64,000 nucleotides of DNA from positions 13,747-77,746 of the forward strand of contig CANKQY010000003.1 in the NCBI GenBank assembly GCA_947485745.1, written 5' to 3'. Made by a program: the position numbers and the translations under genes. This document shows, piece after piece, positions 45,734-55,600 of this stretch. Source of the stretch: Bacteroidota bacterium (GTDB taxonomy: Bacteria; Bacteroidota; Bacteroidia; UKL13-3). The first letter of the stretch is position 1; each line of letters begins with the position of its first letter. The notes beneath the pieces are model-generated. The model had not been told where the DNA came from, searched no databases, and worked only from the letters and a program-made list of their open reading frames with translations.

Positions 45734-45770
45734 AAAAAATGCAAACCACAAAAGGGTTTGCATTTTTTTT
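45734..45770 (+). terminator. Rho-independent terminator ending the SusC/D operon
   Basis: Stem ATGCAAACC (45739-45747) pairs with GGTTTGCAT (45755-45763), followed by T8. An A-run lies upstream. Confidence 0.8.
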
Positions 45771-45780
45771 ATTTTTGAAC

Positions 45781-46416
45781 GTGAAAGCAAATCCTTATTT
45801 ATTTCCATTAGTCCAGTTAATCGTTTTAGCGCTGCTTTTTGTTTTTCAATGGACAAATTCACAGTTAGAATTGTCGCTTATAATCAATAGCTGGCATCAG
45901 CCATGGCTAGACCAATTATGTTTATACGGCACGTTTTTAGGAGATGGCACCCTAATTGTTTTGATATGTTTCATTGTTTATTTTTATAAGCCAGAACTTG
46001 CTGTGGGCATGCTGTTTGCTTACCTAATTAGTTCTGGAATTACCCAAGGACTAAAGCATACTATTTTTGCAGAATTCCATAGGCCTTTGTGGCATATCAA
46101 TCAGTTAAATTTACAAGATTATTATCTACCTATAGGTGCTGAACATAATTTGGCAAACAGTTTTCCTTCTGGACATACCACTTCTGCCTTTGCTTATTTT
46201 TGTATTTTATCTTTGTATTTTAAGCAGCATTATTTAAAGATAGGTATGCTGATTCTTGCTTTTTTTGTTGCTTTTACAAGAGTTTATTTGCTCCAACATT
46301 TTGTGATGGACATTACGGTTGGCTCTATTATTGGTACCTCAGTAAGTTTGTGGGTATACTATGGTTTATACCAAAATGGCAAATTAAAATGGGCAATAAT
46401 TAAAACAAAGTCTTAA
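45781..46416 (+). CDS. PAP2-superfamily phosphatase (membrane lipid-phosphate / undecaprenyl-diphosphate phosphatase type)
   Basis: Motifs KHTIFAEFHRP, PSGHTTSAF and TRVYLLQHFVMD. The tracked ATG at 45739 lies inside the terminator stem, so I start at the in-frame GTG 45781 (TTG 45775 is also possible). Confidence 0.75.
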   Translation: MKANPYLFPLVQLIVLALLFVFQWTNSQLELSLIINSWHQPWLDQLCLYGTFLGDGTLIVLICFIVYFYKPELAVGMLFAYLISSGITQGLKHTIFAEFHRPLWHINQLNLQDYYLPIGAEHNLANSFPSGHTTSAFAYFCILSLYFKQHYLKIGMLILAFFVAFTRVYLLQHFVMDITVGSIIGTSVSLWVYYGLYQNGKLKWAIIKTKS

Positions 46417-46419
46417 TTC

Positions 46420-46429
46420 GGTTTGAACC
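46420..46429 (+). repeat. Iterated decamer copy GGTTTGAACC (intergenic)
   Basis: Exact match in the 22-nt spacer between the convergent PAP2 and TonB-receptor genes. Confidence 0.95.
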
Positions 46430-46438
46430 CAAAATGCA

Positions 46439-48715
46439 TTAGAAAGTATAGTTAAAACCAAGGGTAGGCATAATTGGTAATTGGTTTATTCTGGTATAAT
46501 TTAAACGATCAAACAAGAAGATATTGTCTCTGTTGTAAACGTTGGTTGCAGAAAAAATAACACTCATTGTTTGGTGTTTTTTGATATAAAATTTCTTTGA
46601 AATAGAAGCATCTAACCTGTGGAAATAGGGAAGTCTGCCAGTATTTATATCTGTATAGTAAATGCCTAATTCTCCATTTTGATTTTGCGTGTTTGAGCTT
46701 ACACCTCCATTGAAATTGAGGTTTTCATAGAAACCTTGTGTTTGGCTAAATGGAAATCCTGATCCAAAATTCCATCTCGTATTAAAGCTCCAACTTTTTA
46801 AATCTCCAAATGTGTAGGTGAAAACCAAATTGATATTATGCCTTCTGTCAAAATGTGGCGTATAATCTCTTCTTCCATCATTGCGGGTTACAAATGTTAA
46901 AGAGTATACCGCCCAAACATACATGTTTTTATGCTCGTACTTTAACCTAGCATCAGCTCCATAAGCTTTGCCAGTTTCTTTGATAACATCTCCCCTCAAA
47001 TAGTATGGTTTATTTGAATGCTGTGCATCATCATCGTACACTTTATCTCTATTTATATTGGTAATTTGACTAAAGTTTTTGATAAAGCCTTCAAAGTTTA
47101 ATTCAATATCACGACCTAAATCCACCTCAAGACCTAATATAAGGTGTTGCGCTTTTTGCCTGCGAATATCGCTGTTTACCGTGTTTGGACTGGATAGAAA
47201 TCCATAAAATAAATTTACCACATCTTGATCGCTCACTGCGGCCATTAAATTTTGGGAGTAAGTTCCCGCGGCAAGTTTTAACCTCACATTACTTGTAACA
47301 TTGTATTTGGCGCCTAACCTAGGTTCTAAGCTGCCTTCGCCTAATGAGGAGTAATAAATCACCCTAATTCCAGGCTCAATTACAAATCGCTTATATACTT
47401 TTCGGTATTTAAAAAAGCTATGTATTTCCGATGAATAATCGCTTTGAGATAATTTTCTGCCAACCCCATTTACATAATTAAAATTGGTTGAAAATCCTAT
47501 TGCTTCAAAACCGTATTTAACATCGTCTTTCCCAATAAAATTTGTAAAATTTATGGCAGCATTGAAACTGTTTATGCTACTCTCTCTGGGCAAGTTATCT
47601 GAACTTATTTGATTGGTTTTGTAATTTGAATAGCCCATATTCAATCCTATCAAAGTGTTTGAACCATCTGGAATAATTAACAAATTTCCGCCGGCACCAT
47701 TCGATTTCCAATTGTATTTATTGCTTGGGTAATCTACTTTATCGTCGAAATGAAAGCCAAAAACATTTAACCTGCTACCGTTTCCAGATATATTGGATAT
47801 TTTACCATAAAAATCATTGAATGAATAGGGTAGCCCATTAACGGGGTCGGCATAAGTATAAAAATACCTTGAGGTTTTATCCATGTAGGAGGTTTTATAA
47901 GAAAGCACATAAGACGAGCTTCCTTCATCTTCAGTAAATTTTCTAAGGGGACCTTCTAGCAAAATTTTAGCAGTCATTGGGTTTGCTGCCACTTTCCCTG
48001 AGAATCTTTTTTTGTCGCCTTCTCTGGTATTTACATCAATTACTCCGCTAATTCTTCCGCCATATTGGGCATTAAATCCGCCGGAACTAACATCTGCACT
48101 GCGGATAATATCTGCATCAAAAACAGAAAAAAGGCCAATGCTGTGGAAAGGGTTGTAAATAATCATACCATCTAGCATTACTTTATTCATAACTGGAGGC
48201 CCTCCTCTGATATAAAGTTGGCCACCTTGGTCGCCACTAAAATTTACACCTGGAAGTACCTGTAAGTATTGCACCAAATCTGGTTCACCGCCAAAAGTTG
48301 GCAGTTGTTTGAGTTCTTTTTGGGTGATGGTATTGGTTGAAATGGTTACATTTTCTTTAACCTTTTGTTTATCAGCCTTAATTTCAACCGTATTGAGTTC
48401 AAACTTTTTGGATTTCAGGTATAGGTTTTGTGTAACAATTCTGCCTTCACCAACAGAAATTTTAGCAAAACTGGTATCATAACCTAGGCTAAAGCACAAG
48501 AGGGTATATAATCCCGGCTTAACTTTTGAAATGGTATAAAAACCATTGGCATCGGTGGTTTTACCTATCATCAATTCCTTGATAATGACATTATTGAAGA
48601 TGATGGGTTCGCCCGTTTCTTTGTCGTATACAAAGCCTCTAATTTCGCCCGTTTGGGCAAAAGTTAGCAGACATAAAATAGAAAATAGTATAGTAAAACC
48701 AGATTTTTTGATCAT
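46439..48715 (-). CDS. TonB-dependent receptor with N-terminal carboxypeptidase-regulatory-like domain
   Basis: Signal peptide, GEIRGFVYDKETGEPI...GLYTLLCFSLGYDT, a plug region and a C-terminal ...LGFNYTF. Confidence 0.85.
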   Translation of the reverse strand: MIKKSGFTILFSILCLLTFAQTGEIRGFVYDKETGEPIIFNNVIIKELMIGKTTDANGFYTISKVKPGLYTLLCFSLGYDTSFAKISVGEGRIVTQNLYLKSKKFELNTVEIKADKQKVKENVTISTNTITQKELKQLPTFGGEPDLVQYLQVLPGVNFSGDQGGQLYIRGGPPVMNKVMLDGMIIYNPFHSIGLFSVFDADIIRSADVSSGGFNAQYGGRISGVIDVNTREGDKKRFSGKVAANPMTAKILLEGPLRKFTEDEGSSSYVLSYKTSYMDKTSRYFYTYADPVNGLPYSFNDFYGKISNISGNGSRLNVFGFHFDDKVDYPSNKYNWKSNGAGGNLLIIPDGSNTLIGLNMGYSNYKTNQISSDNLPRESSINSFNAAINFTNFIGKDDVKYGFEAIGFSTNFNYVNGVGRKLSQSDYSSEIHSFFKYRKVYKRFVIEPGIRVIYYSSLGEGSLEPRLGAKYNVTSNVRLKLAAGTYSQNLMAAVSDQDVVNLFYGFLSSPNTVNSDIRRQKAQHLILGLEVDLGRDIELNFEGFIKNFSQITNINRDKVYDDDAQHSNKPYYLRGDVIKETGKAYGADARLKYEHKNMYVWAVYSLTFVTRNDGRRDYTPHFDRRHNINLVFTYTFGDLKSWSFNTRWNFGSGFPFSQTQGFYENLNFNGGVSSNTQNQNGELGIYYTDINTGRLPYFHRLDASISKKFYIKKHQTMSVIFSATNVYNRDNIFLFDRLNYTRINQLPIMPTLGFNYTF

Positions 48716-48740
48716 TATTTTAGTTGAAAAACTAGGTTTT

Positions 48741-48750
48741 GGTTCAAACC
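48741..48750 (-). repeat. Iterated decamer copy (GGTTCAAACC on the + strand, intergenic)
   Basis: Exact match 26 nt upstream of the TonB-receptor start codon, in inverted orientation relative to the 46420 copy. Confidence 0.95.
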
Positions 48751-48885
48751 GAGCCTTATTTTTTAGCGGTACGAATATAATGGAAGTGCTTTAAAATTGC
48801 AGAAAAGTTGTATGAATGCGAATTTTATGAGGAAAAATTGACTGAAATGGCTAATTTGCAACTCTCTCACCAAAAATTAAGCTGA

Positions 48886-51366
48886 ATGAATATTGGAATT
48901 TGGAAGGATATAAATTGGAAATTGGATAAAAAATTGGCAGTATTAATGCTTTTATTTTTTATTCTTTTTTATTCAAATTTTTCAATGGCTCAAACTACTT
49001 TGGGCAAATCTCAAAATTTATCCACTTTAAAGGTTGATGAATTGAGTGATGAACAATTGTTGAATTTTAACAAGCAATATTTAGGAAGTGGCTTGTCTAA
49101 AAGCCAAATGGAGGAGGAGTTGACAAAGCGAAACCTTCCAAGCAGTGAAATTGAAAAATTGCAATTGCGATTAAAAGAGTTAGAAAAAAGCGGAAAAATT
49201 AAATCAGAACCCATAGATCAGAACAGTAGGAAAAAGCAAGTTGAACGTTCTTATGAAAAAACGGAAGATGAAACGCCATTTAATAATTTAATGCCCAAGG
49301 TTTTTGGTTCAGAATTATTTAATAACCCAAGGTTAAGTTTTGAACCAAATTTGAAGATGGCAACACCATTAAATTATCAAATAGGTCCCGATGATGAGTT
49401 GTTAATTGATATTTTTGGTTTTTCTGAACAAAGCTATCAATTAAAAGTTAGTCCTGAAGGGCATGTTAGAATTCCAAATTTGGGTCCTGTTCAAGTTCTT
49501 GGATTAACAGTTGACCAAGCGCAGCAAAAAATTAGAAATCAATTGGTAAAATTATATCCAAGGATTGCCAGCGGTGAAACATCAGTTTCTGTAAACTTGG
49601 GAAGCATAAGAAATATAAAAGTAATAATTTTAGGTGAAGTTAATTTACCCGGAACTTATTCACTGCCATCTTTAGCCACCGTATTTAATGCTTTGTATTC
49701 TTCTGGTGGGCCAAATTTGAATGGCTCATTTAGAAATATTAAAGTATATAGGGGCAATAAATTATTAGTTAAAATTGACATATATGATTTTTTAATTAAT
49801 GGAAATAGTAAAGGGAATATTTCCTTAAAAGATCAAGATGTAATAAAGGTTGAACCATATGATGCACGAGTTGAATTAAAGGGATTTGTGAAACGAGAAG
49901 GTTTTTATGAAACGTTGCCCAAAGAAAACCTGAACAATTTACTTGCTTTTGCGGGTGGATTTACGCCAAATGCCTATACAAATAGAATTAAAGTAATTAG
50001 AAATACAGGAACACAAAAAAGCGTTGCAGATATAGATAAGGTGGCATTTGGGACCTTTAAACCTCAGAATGGAGATGTTTTTACAATTGATAGTACCTTG
50101 AGCAGATTTGAGAATAGAATTTCCATTGAGGGTGCTGTTTTTCGTCCTGGTTATTTTAGTTTGGAAGGGAATAGTACCTTAATGAAATTGATTCAGAATG
50201 CGGAGGGTTTAAAAGAAGATGCATTTTTGAGCAGGGCAACTATACTCAGAAAAAAAGAAGACAATACATTAGAAATACTCTCTGTTGATCTTCAATCTTT
50301 GATGAGCGAAAAAGGAGATATCGCATTAAAGCGGGAAGATAAAGTGACCATAGCTTCAAAAATTGATATGAAAGAGGCTACTTCAATTACAATTAATGGT
50401 CCTGTAATGAAACCTGGTAAGTATGATTTTGCAGAAAACATGCATATTGAAGATTTAATTATATTAGCTGGAGGGTTAAAAGAATCGGCTTCGTTGATAA
50501 ATATTCAGGTTGCCCAGCGTAGCTTTGAAATTGACAGGTTAAATGCTAATAGTGAAATCTCTAAAGTCCTTAATTTTTCAATCAATAAGGAATTGAAAAA
50601 TGATTCGAAAAGCAATTATATTCTTAATCCAAATGATGTAGTTACTATATATACACAACCAGGATACCAGGTGCAAAAGCAGGTTTTAATTAATGGAGAA
50701 GTTTTGTATCCAGGGGTATATGTTTTAGCAAAGGGAAATGAAAGAATTTCGGATTTAGTTAAGCGTTCGGGGGGAGTTACCGCGAATGGATTTGTTGAAG
50801 GAGCTGTTTTAATAAGACCTAAAGGTAATTCATTTATAGATATGATTGTAAAAGAGAATAAATGGGATGCGTTGAAGAAATTGAGCAAGGATACTTCAAA
50901 AGTAACTGAGGAAATTGAAAGTGAAATAGAAAAAAAAATAGATATTGTTGGAATTGATTTGGTAAAAATATTAAAGAAACCAGGATCTAAGGGTGATTTA
51001 TTTTTAATGGAAAATGATATATTAGAGATTCCATCCGTTCAACAAACGGTGCTTGTTTCAGGGCAGGTTCTTTATCCGGTAAGGTTGCAATTTGAAGGCG
51101 GACGAGGATTTAAAACATATGTTTCGTTAGCAGGTGGTTTTAGTTCGCAAGCAATGAAGAAGAGGGCCTACATTGTTTATGCAAATGGAACAGCAAAGGA
51201 TACCAAAAACTATTTGTTTTTTAAAAAGTATCCTAAAGTTAAGCCAGGTTCTGAAATTGTGATTCCTATTAAGGAAACGCGCAAGGCTGTTAGTGTCCTA
51301 GAAGTGGTAACCATTGCTACCAGCTTAACAAGTATGTTGTTGATTATTTCTACTTTAACAAAATAA
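48886..51366 (+). CDS. Polysaccharide export protein (Wza-like, multi-SLBB-domain long form)
   Basis: Poly_export motif YQIGPDDELLIDIFG, repeated SLBB-like units (GEVNLPGTY, GAVFRPGYF, GPVMKPGKY, GEVLYPGVY, GQVLYPVRL) and a C-terminal TM. Confidence 0.85.
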   Translation: MNIGIWKDINWKLDKKLAVLMLLFFILFYSNFSMAQTTLGKSQNLSTLKVDELSDEQLLNFNKQYLGSGLSKSQMEEELTKRNLPSSEIEKLQLRLKELEKSGKIKSEPIDQNSRKKQVERSYEKTEDETPFNNLMPKVFGSELFNNPRLSFEPNLKMATPLNYQIGPDDELLIDIFGFSEQSYQLKVSPEGHVRIPNLGPVQVLGLTVDQAQQKIRNQLVKLYPRIASGETSVSVNLGSIRNIKVIILGEVNLPGTYSLPSLATVFNALYSSGGPNLNGSFRNIKVYRGNKLLVKIDIYDFLINGNSKGNISLKDQDVIKVEPYDARVELKGFVKREGFYETLPKENLNNLLAFAGGFTPNAYTNRIKVIRNTGTQKSVADIDKVAFGTFKPQNGDVFTIDSTLSRFENRISIEGAVFRPGYFSLEGNSTLMKLIQNAEGLKEDAFLSRATILRKKEDNTLEILSVDLQSLMSEKGDIALKREDKVTIASKIDMKEATSITINGPVMKPGKYDFAENMHIEDLIILAGGLKESASLINIQVAQRSFEIDRLNANSEISKVLNFSINKELKNDSKSNYILNPNDVVTIYTQPGYQVQKQVLINGEVLYPGVYVLAKGNERISDLVKRSGGVTANGFVEGAVLIRPKGNSFIDMIVKENKWDALKKLSKDTSKVTEEIESEIEKKIDIVGIDLVKILKKPGSKGDLFLMENDILEIPSVQQTVLVSGQVLYPVRLQFEGGRGFKTYVSLAGGFSSQAMKKRAYIVYANGTAKDTKNYLFFKKYPKVKPGSEIVIPIKETRKAVSVLEVVTIATSLTSMLLIISTLTK

Positions 51367-51370
51367 TAAA

Positions 51371-52435
51371 ATGAGCAGGGGTATTAACATAGATGCACTG
51401 GGTATTTGGGTAAATAAATATTTGAGCTTTATAAAAAGTAAAGCCAAAACGATTTTATTTATTGGTGTCATTGGTTTAATACTTGGAGTATATTATTCTG
51501 TAAGTTATAAACCTTATTATGTATCTCAATTAAGCTTCATTATAAACGACGGAAAATCAGGAAATGTAAGTGCTTTAAGTGCCATTGCCGGACAATTAGG
51601 GATTGGCAGCTCTGGACCTACCGTAACAGATGATCGAATTATGTTTCTGTTATCGGCAAAGAAAATATTAGGCACTGTTCTGCTTAAGAAAATGGATGAT
51701 AAAACGGCTAGCATTGGCGACAAAATGATTGAGGCCTATAAGCTAAATGGAGTTCTTGCCTCAGATACTTTAATGAATAATTTCGAGGGCTTTACTGCCA
51801 CTAATTTTGATAAAATCAGCAAGCAAGAAAGTTTTGCCATTGATCAAATAATTAATTCCATAAAACTGTCGAATAGATTTAAGGTTGAATCTGTTAAAAG
51901 AAAAGCAAACTCTTTGTATGGTAACCAGAGTAATGGAATTATCTCTATTTCTTATGAAAGCAGAAATGAAAATTTAGCCAAAGAATTTGTGAATGGAGTG
52001 TACTTTGAGTTGTCAGAATTCTACTCAGAATCAATGCTGAGGAATTTGCAAAATAATTATGAGCTATTAAACTTCCGAGCAGATTCAATTAGTACCTTGT
52101 TAAGGTCCACAGAGAATGAAAGTGCCATTGCTTCTGATAATTCTTACAATGTGTTTAGGTACCTCGGAAAAGTAGATGAGTTAAGATTGAGAAAGGAAGT
52201 TGAAATGTTGAATGTTTTATATGTTGAGGTTCTAAAAAACAGGGAATTTGCTAAGTTTTCATTAGACCAGGAACGCCCCTTGTTTCAAGTAGTGGATGAA
52301 CCTATTTTACCCTTAGAGAAAAAGACCAAATCACTCCCTGTTTATAGCTTTTTAGGCTTTATGGCATTTATCCTTTTTGGCGTTTTTATAATTACGGTAA
52401 CCTTTCTTTCAAAAAAGGAAAATAGGGTAATTTAA
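51371..52435 (+). CDS. Chain-length-determinant (Wzz-like) protein without kinase domain
   Basis: Two terminal TM segments flank a coiled periplasmic-type region. It sits between the export and flippase genes. Confidence 0.6.
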   Translation: MSRGINIDALGIWVNKYLSFIKSKAKTILFIGVIGLILGVYYSVSYKPYYVSQLSFIINDGKSGNVSALSAIAGQLGIGSSGPTVTDDRIMFLLSAKKILGTVLLKKMDDKTASIGDKMIEAYKLNGVLASDTLMNNFEGFTATNFDKISKQESFAIDQIINSIKLSNRFKVESVKRKANSLYGNQSNGIISISYESRNENLAKEFVNGVYFELSEFYSESMLRNLQNNYELLNFRADSISTLLRSTENESAIASDNSYNVFRYLGKVDELRLRKEVEMLNVLYVEVLKNREFAKFSLDQERPLFQVVDEPILPLEKKTKSLPVYSFLGFMAFILFGVFIITVTFLSKKENRVI

Positions 52436-52466
52436 CGTTTAATTTTTAGGTAATAAAGTTAAGATT

Positions 52467-53843
52467 TTGGAAAAGCTCTTGAAGAAAATTGGTTTAAATA
52501 AAATTCCTATTTTAAATAAGCAGCATGAGCGAAGTCAGGGAGTAATTAAAAGCATTTTTTCCTCTGGATTAATTAAAATCCTAAATTTAATTTCAGGCTT
52601 ATACCTGGTTTCGGTTTCCTTAGAAATTTTGGATAGAGAGTCATATGGAATTTGGGTAACAATTTCATCAATTATTGGTTGGATGTACTTCTTTGATTTA
52701 GGTATAGCAAATGGCTTCAGAAACAAGTTTACACAAGCTATATCATTAAATGAAAAATTACTAGCTCAAAAATACCTTAGTACTACCTATGCAACAATAG
52801 GAATAATGGCTGCGGCAATTTTTGTTGTATTTTTTTTGGCTAATCCTTTTCTAAATTGGAATCGCATATTAAATGTTCCAAATTCTTCGCAATTACCTAT
52901 TGAACTTTTGGTCAAAGGGGTTTTATTTTTCTTTTGTGTAAAGCTCTTCTTATCAATTATAAATACTGCCTTAATTGCCAACCATAGGGTAGGGTTGAGT
53001 AGTTTAATCGATCTACTATCAAGTGTTTCTTTGCTTATAGTAATGTTATTTATGCGATATCTTAAACAAGACTCGCTACTATTAATTGGTCTCTTAAATA
53101 TGCTGGTTCCAACTTTAGTTTTATTAATTGCCTCTTATATTATTTTTAATACCAGCTTTAAGGAATATAAACCCTCTATTGCTTCCGTTGATTTTTCTTT
53201 ATCCAAAGGTCTATTTGCAAAAGGACTTCAGTTTTTTGTTATTCAATTGGCCTCTATTTTTATGTTTAGCTCTAATAATTTGGTAGTGGCGCAACTTTTT
53301 GGTCCAGTGGAGGTTACTACCTTTAGTTTGGTTAACAAACTTTTTAGCATCCCATTATTTGGTTTTTCAATAATTATGACTCCATTATGGGCAGGCTTCG
53401 GGGAGGCATATTTTAAAGGAGAATTTTCTTGGATTAAAAGTATTGTTAAAAAATTAATCTCCTTTTGGGGTGTTTTTAGTTTGGGAATAATTTTTTTTAT
53501 TTTTTTATTTCCATTTGTTTTGAAAGTATGGATAAAACAGCCAATAGACGCACCTTTTGTTCTTGTTGCATTTTCTGCCTTTTTTGTAATTCTAAATAAC
53601 TGGTGTTCTATTTTTGTCTTGTTTATCAATGGAATTGGCAAGATTAGAATTCAATTTTTTGGCTCAATTTTTTTATCTTTGTTAAGCATTCCATTGTCTT
53701 TGTTTTTTTGTAAATATTTAAAATTGGGTAGTGAAGGAGTTTTGTTATCCAATATTATTTGTATTTTGCCTGGAGCGTTTTTGGCTCCTTATCAGTATTA
53801 TCTATTAATAAATAATAAAGCAACCAAAATTTGGAATAAATAA
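52467..53843 (+). CDS. wzx: Oligosaccharide flippase (Wzx / polysaccharide biosynthesis protein, MATE-like)
   Basis: ~12-14 hydrophobic spans in 458 aa, within the polysaccharide locus. TTG start. Confidence 0.75.
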   Translation: MEKLLKKIGLNKIPILNKQHERSQGVIKSIFSSGLIKILNLISGLYLVSVSLEILDRESYGIWVTISSIIGWMYFFDLGIANGFRNKFTQAISLNEKLLAQKYLSTTYATIGIMAAAIFVVFFLANPFLNWNRILNVPNSSQLPIELLVKGVLFFFCVKLFLSIINTALIANHRVGLSSLIDLLSSVSLLIVMLFMRYLKQDSLLLIGLLNMLVPTLVLLIASYIIFNTSFKEYKPSIASVDFSLSKGLFAKGLQFFVIQLASIFMFSSNNLVVAQLFGPVEVTTFSLVNKLFSIPLFGFSIIMTPLWAGFGEAYFKGEFSWIKSIVKKLISFWGVFSLGIIFFIFLFPFVLKVWIKQPIDAPFVLVAFSAFFVILNNWCSIFVLFINGIGKIRIQFFGSIFLSLLSIPLSLFFCKYLKLGSEGVLLSNIICILPGAFLAPYQYYLLINNKATKIWNK

Positions 53844-53851
53844 TTTAACGT

Positions 53852-54940
53852 ATGAATATTAAAATACCTGTTTATCAACCCGCACTTAACGGAAACGAAA
53901 AGAAATATGTAAATGAGTGTTTGGATACAACTTGGATTTCTTCAAAAGGGAGGTTCATTAATGAATTTGAATCGAGCTTTGCTAATTTTATAGGCGTAAA
54001 ATATGCGGCCTCTGTTTCAAATGGAACAGTTGCTTTGCACTTGGCAATGATTGCCTTAGGTATAGGTCCGGGAGATGAAGTAATAGTTCCAAGTTTAACT
54101 TATATTTCTTCTGTAAATGCTATTGTGTATGTTGGTGCAATACCCATATTTATTGATAGTTTACCTGATACTTGGCAAATGGATCCTACAGATTTAAAGC
54201 GTAAAATTACGGCTCGAACCAAAGCAGTAATGGCCGTTCATTTGTACGGACATCCATGTGAAATTGAAACCATAGATGAAATTTGTAAGGCCAATGGCTT
54301 ATTTTTAATTGAAGATTGTGCAGAAGCATTGGGTTCAAAATTTGGTGATACACATGTTGGAACTTTTGGCGACATAAGCACCTTTAGTTTTTATGGGAAT
54401 AAAACTATTACAACAGGTGAAGGAGGAATGGTTGTAACCAACGACGAAACCTTGTTTGATAGATCAGTACACTTTAAGGGGCAAGGTTTAGCTAAACACC
54501 GCCAGTATTGGCATGATGTAATTGGTTATAATTATCGTATGACAAATATTTGTGCTGCAATTGGTTTGGCACAGCTAGAACAAATAGATGGATTCTTGGA
54601 ACGTAAAAGAGAAATAGCGAAATTCTATGAGCAAAATATTATAAACCCTAAGATAGAATTTCACAAAGAAAAAGCTGGACTTACCCATTCTTACTGGATG
54701 TGCAGTATTTTAACTCCCGATTCAAGCCTAAGAGAAGAGCTACGAGAAAATTTAGCGAAGGAAGGAGTAGAAACACGTCCACTATTTTATCCTGTTCATA
54801 CAATGCCTATGTACTCTCAGAAATACCAAAAAATCCCTGTTGCCGAAAATTTAGGATGGAGAGGAATTAATCTTCCAAGTTATCCGGGATTAAGCGACGA
54901 TGAGCTGGGTTTAATTTGTAGCATCATTAATCAATTGTAA
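53852..54940 (+). CDS. DegT/DnrJ/EryC1/StrS-family sugar aminotransferase (PLP-dependent)
   Basis: VSNGTVALHLA, DCAEALGS and the PLP-lysine context STFSFYGNKTITTGEGG. Confidence 0.9.
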   Translation: MNIKIPVYQPALNGNEKKYVNECLDTTWISSKGRFINEFESSFANFIGVKYAASVSNGTVALHLAMIALGIGPGDEVIVPSLTYISSVNAIVYVGAIPIFIDSLPDTWQMDPTDLKRKITARTKAVMAVHLYGHPCEIETIDEICKANGLFLIEDCAEALGSKFGDTHVGTFGDISTFSFYGNKTITTGEGGMVVTNDETLFDRSVHFKGQGLAKHRQYWHDVIGYNYRMTNICAAIGLAQLEQIDGFLERKREIAKFYEQNIINPKIEFHKEKAGLTHSYWMCSILTPDSSLREELRENLAKEGVETRPLFYPVHTMPMYSQKYQKIPVAENLGWRGINLPSYPGLSDDELGLICSIINQL

Positions 54941-54944
54941 ATAC

Positions 54945-55595
54945 ATGAGCGTTATTTTTGGATCAGCAGGTTTTGCGAAGGAAGTTGATTGGTTTTTACA
55001 TGAAATACATCTAGCAGGTGGTTCAAAAGAATTACTTGCGACCTGCTTTATTGGAAAAGATAATGTTGGTGAAAAAATAAATGGTAAAAGTGTTTTGTCT
55101 GAAGAGGCTTTTTTTAGCACTTTAACAAGTGTCGAATTGGTTCAGGCATTTATTGCAGTTGGTTCTCCAGCATTAAAAAAGATAATTTTCGAAAAAATTA
55201 GTAAATATACTCAAATTACTTTTCCCACCATAATATACCCAACAGTAAAGTTTGATACTAGAGAAGGAAATGTGAAAATAGGAGCAGGCTCTATAATTTG
55301 TCCTGGTTCTGTGCTTACAACTCATATCACAATTGGATCTCATGTGCTTGTTTATTTAAATTGTACAATTGGCCACGACACTCAGATTGGCGATTTTTGT
55401 ACATTATCTCCGGGAGTAAATGTATCTGGAAATGTATGCATGGGAAATAGCATATTTGTTGGCACTGGTGCTGTAATTTTAGAGCGTTTAAGTATTTGTG
55501 ATAATGCTATTATTGGAGCAGGTGCTGTAGTCACAAAATCTATTATGGAGCCGGGTGTGTATGTTGGCGTACCTGCTAAAAAGCTCAATAAATAA
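54945..55595 (+). CDS. Sugar N/O-acetyltransferase, NeuD/PglD-like (left-handed beta-helix hexapeptide repeats)
   Basis: An N-terminal Rossmann-like half is followed by hexapeptide repeats (IGSHVLVYLNCTIGHDTQIGDFCTLSPGVNVSGNVCMGNSIFVGTGAVI). Confidence 0.85.
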   Translation: MSVIFGSAGFAKEVDWFLHEIHLAGGSKELLATCFIGKDNVGEKINGKSVLSEEAFFSTLTSVELVQAFIAVGSPALKKIIFEKISKYTQITFPTIIYPTVKFDTREGNVKIGAGSIICPGSVLTTHITIGSHVLVYLNCTIGHDTQIGDFCTLSPGVNVSGNVCMGNSIFVGTGAVILERLSICDNAIIGAGAVVTKSIMEPGVYVGVPAKKLNK

Positions 55596-55600
55596 AGATT

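Noticed and set aside
48716-48885. Possible cobalamin, TPP or other riboswitch upstream of the TonB-dependent receptor.
   Set aside because: There is no B12-box-like GCCACTG element and no recognisable conserved riboswitch core. The spacer is short and AT-rich, and it also has to serve as the divergent promoter region for the Wza-like gene.
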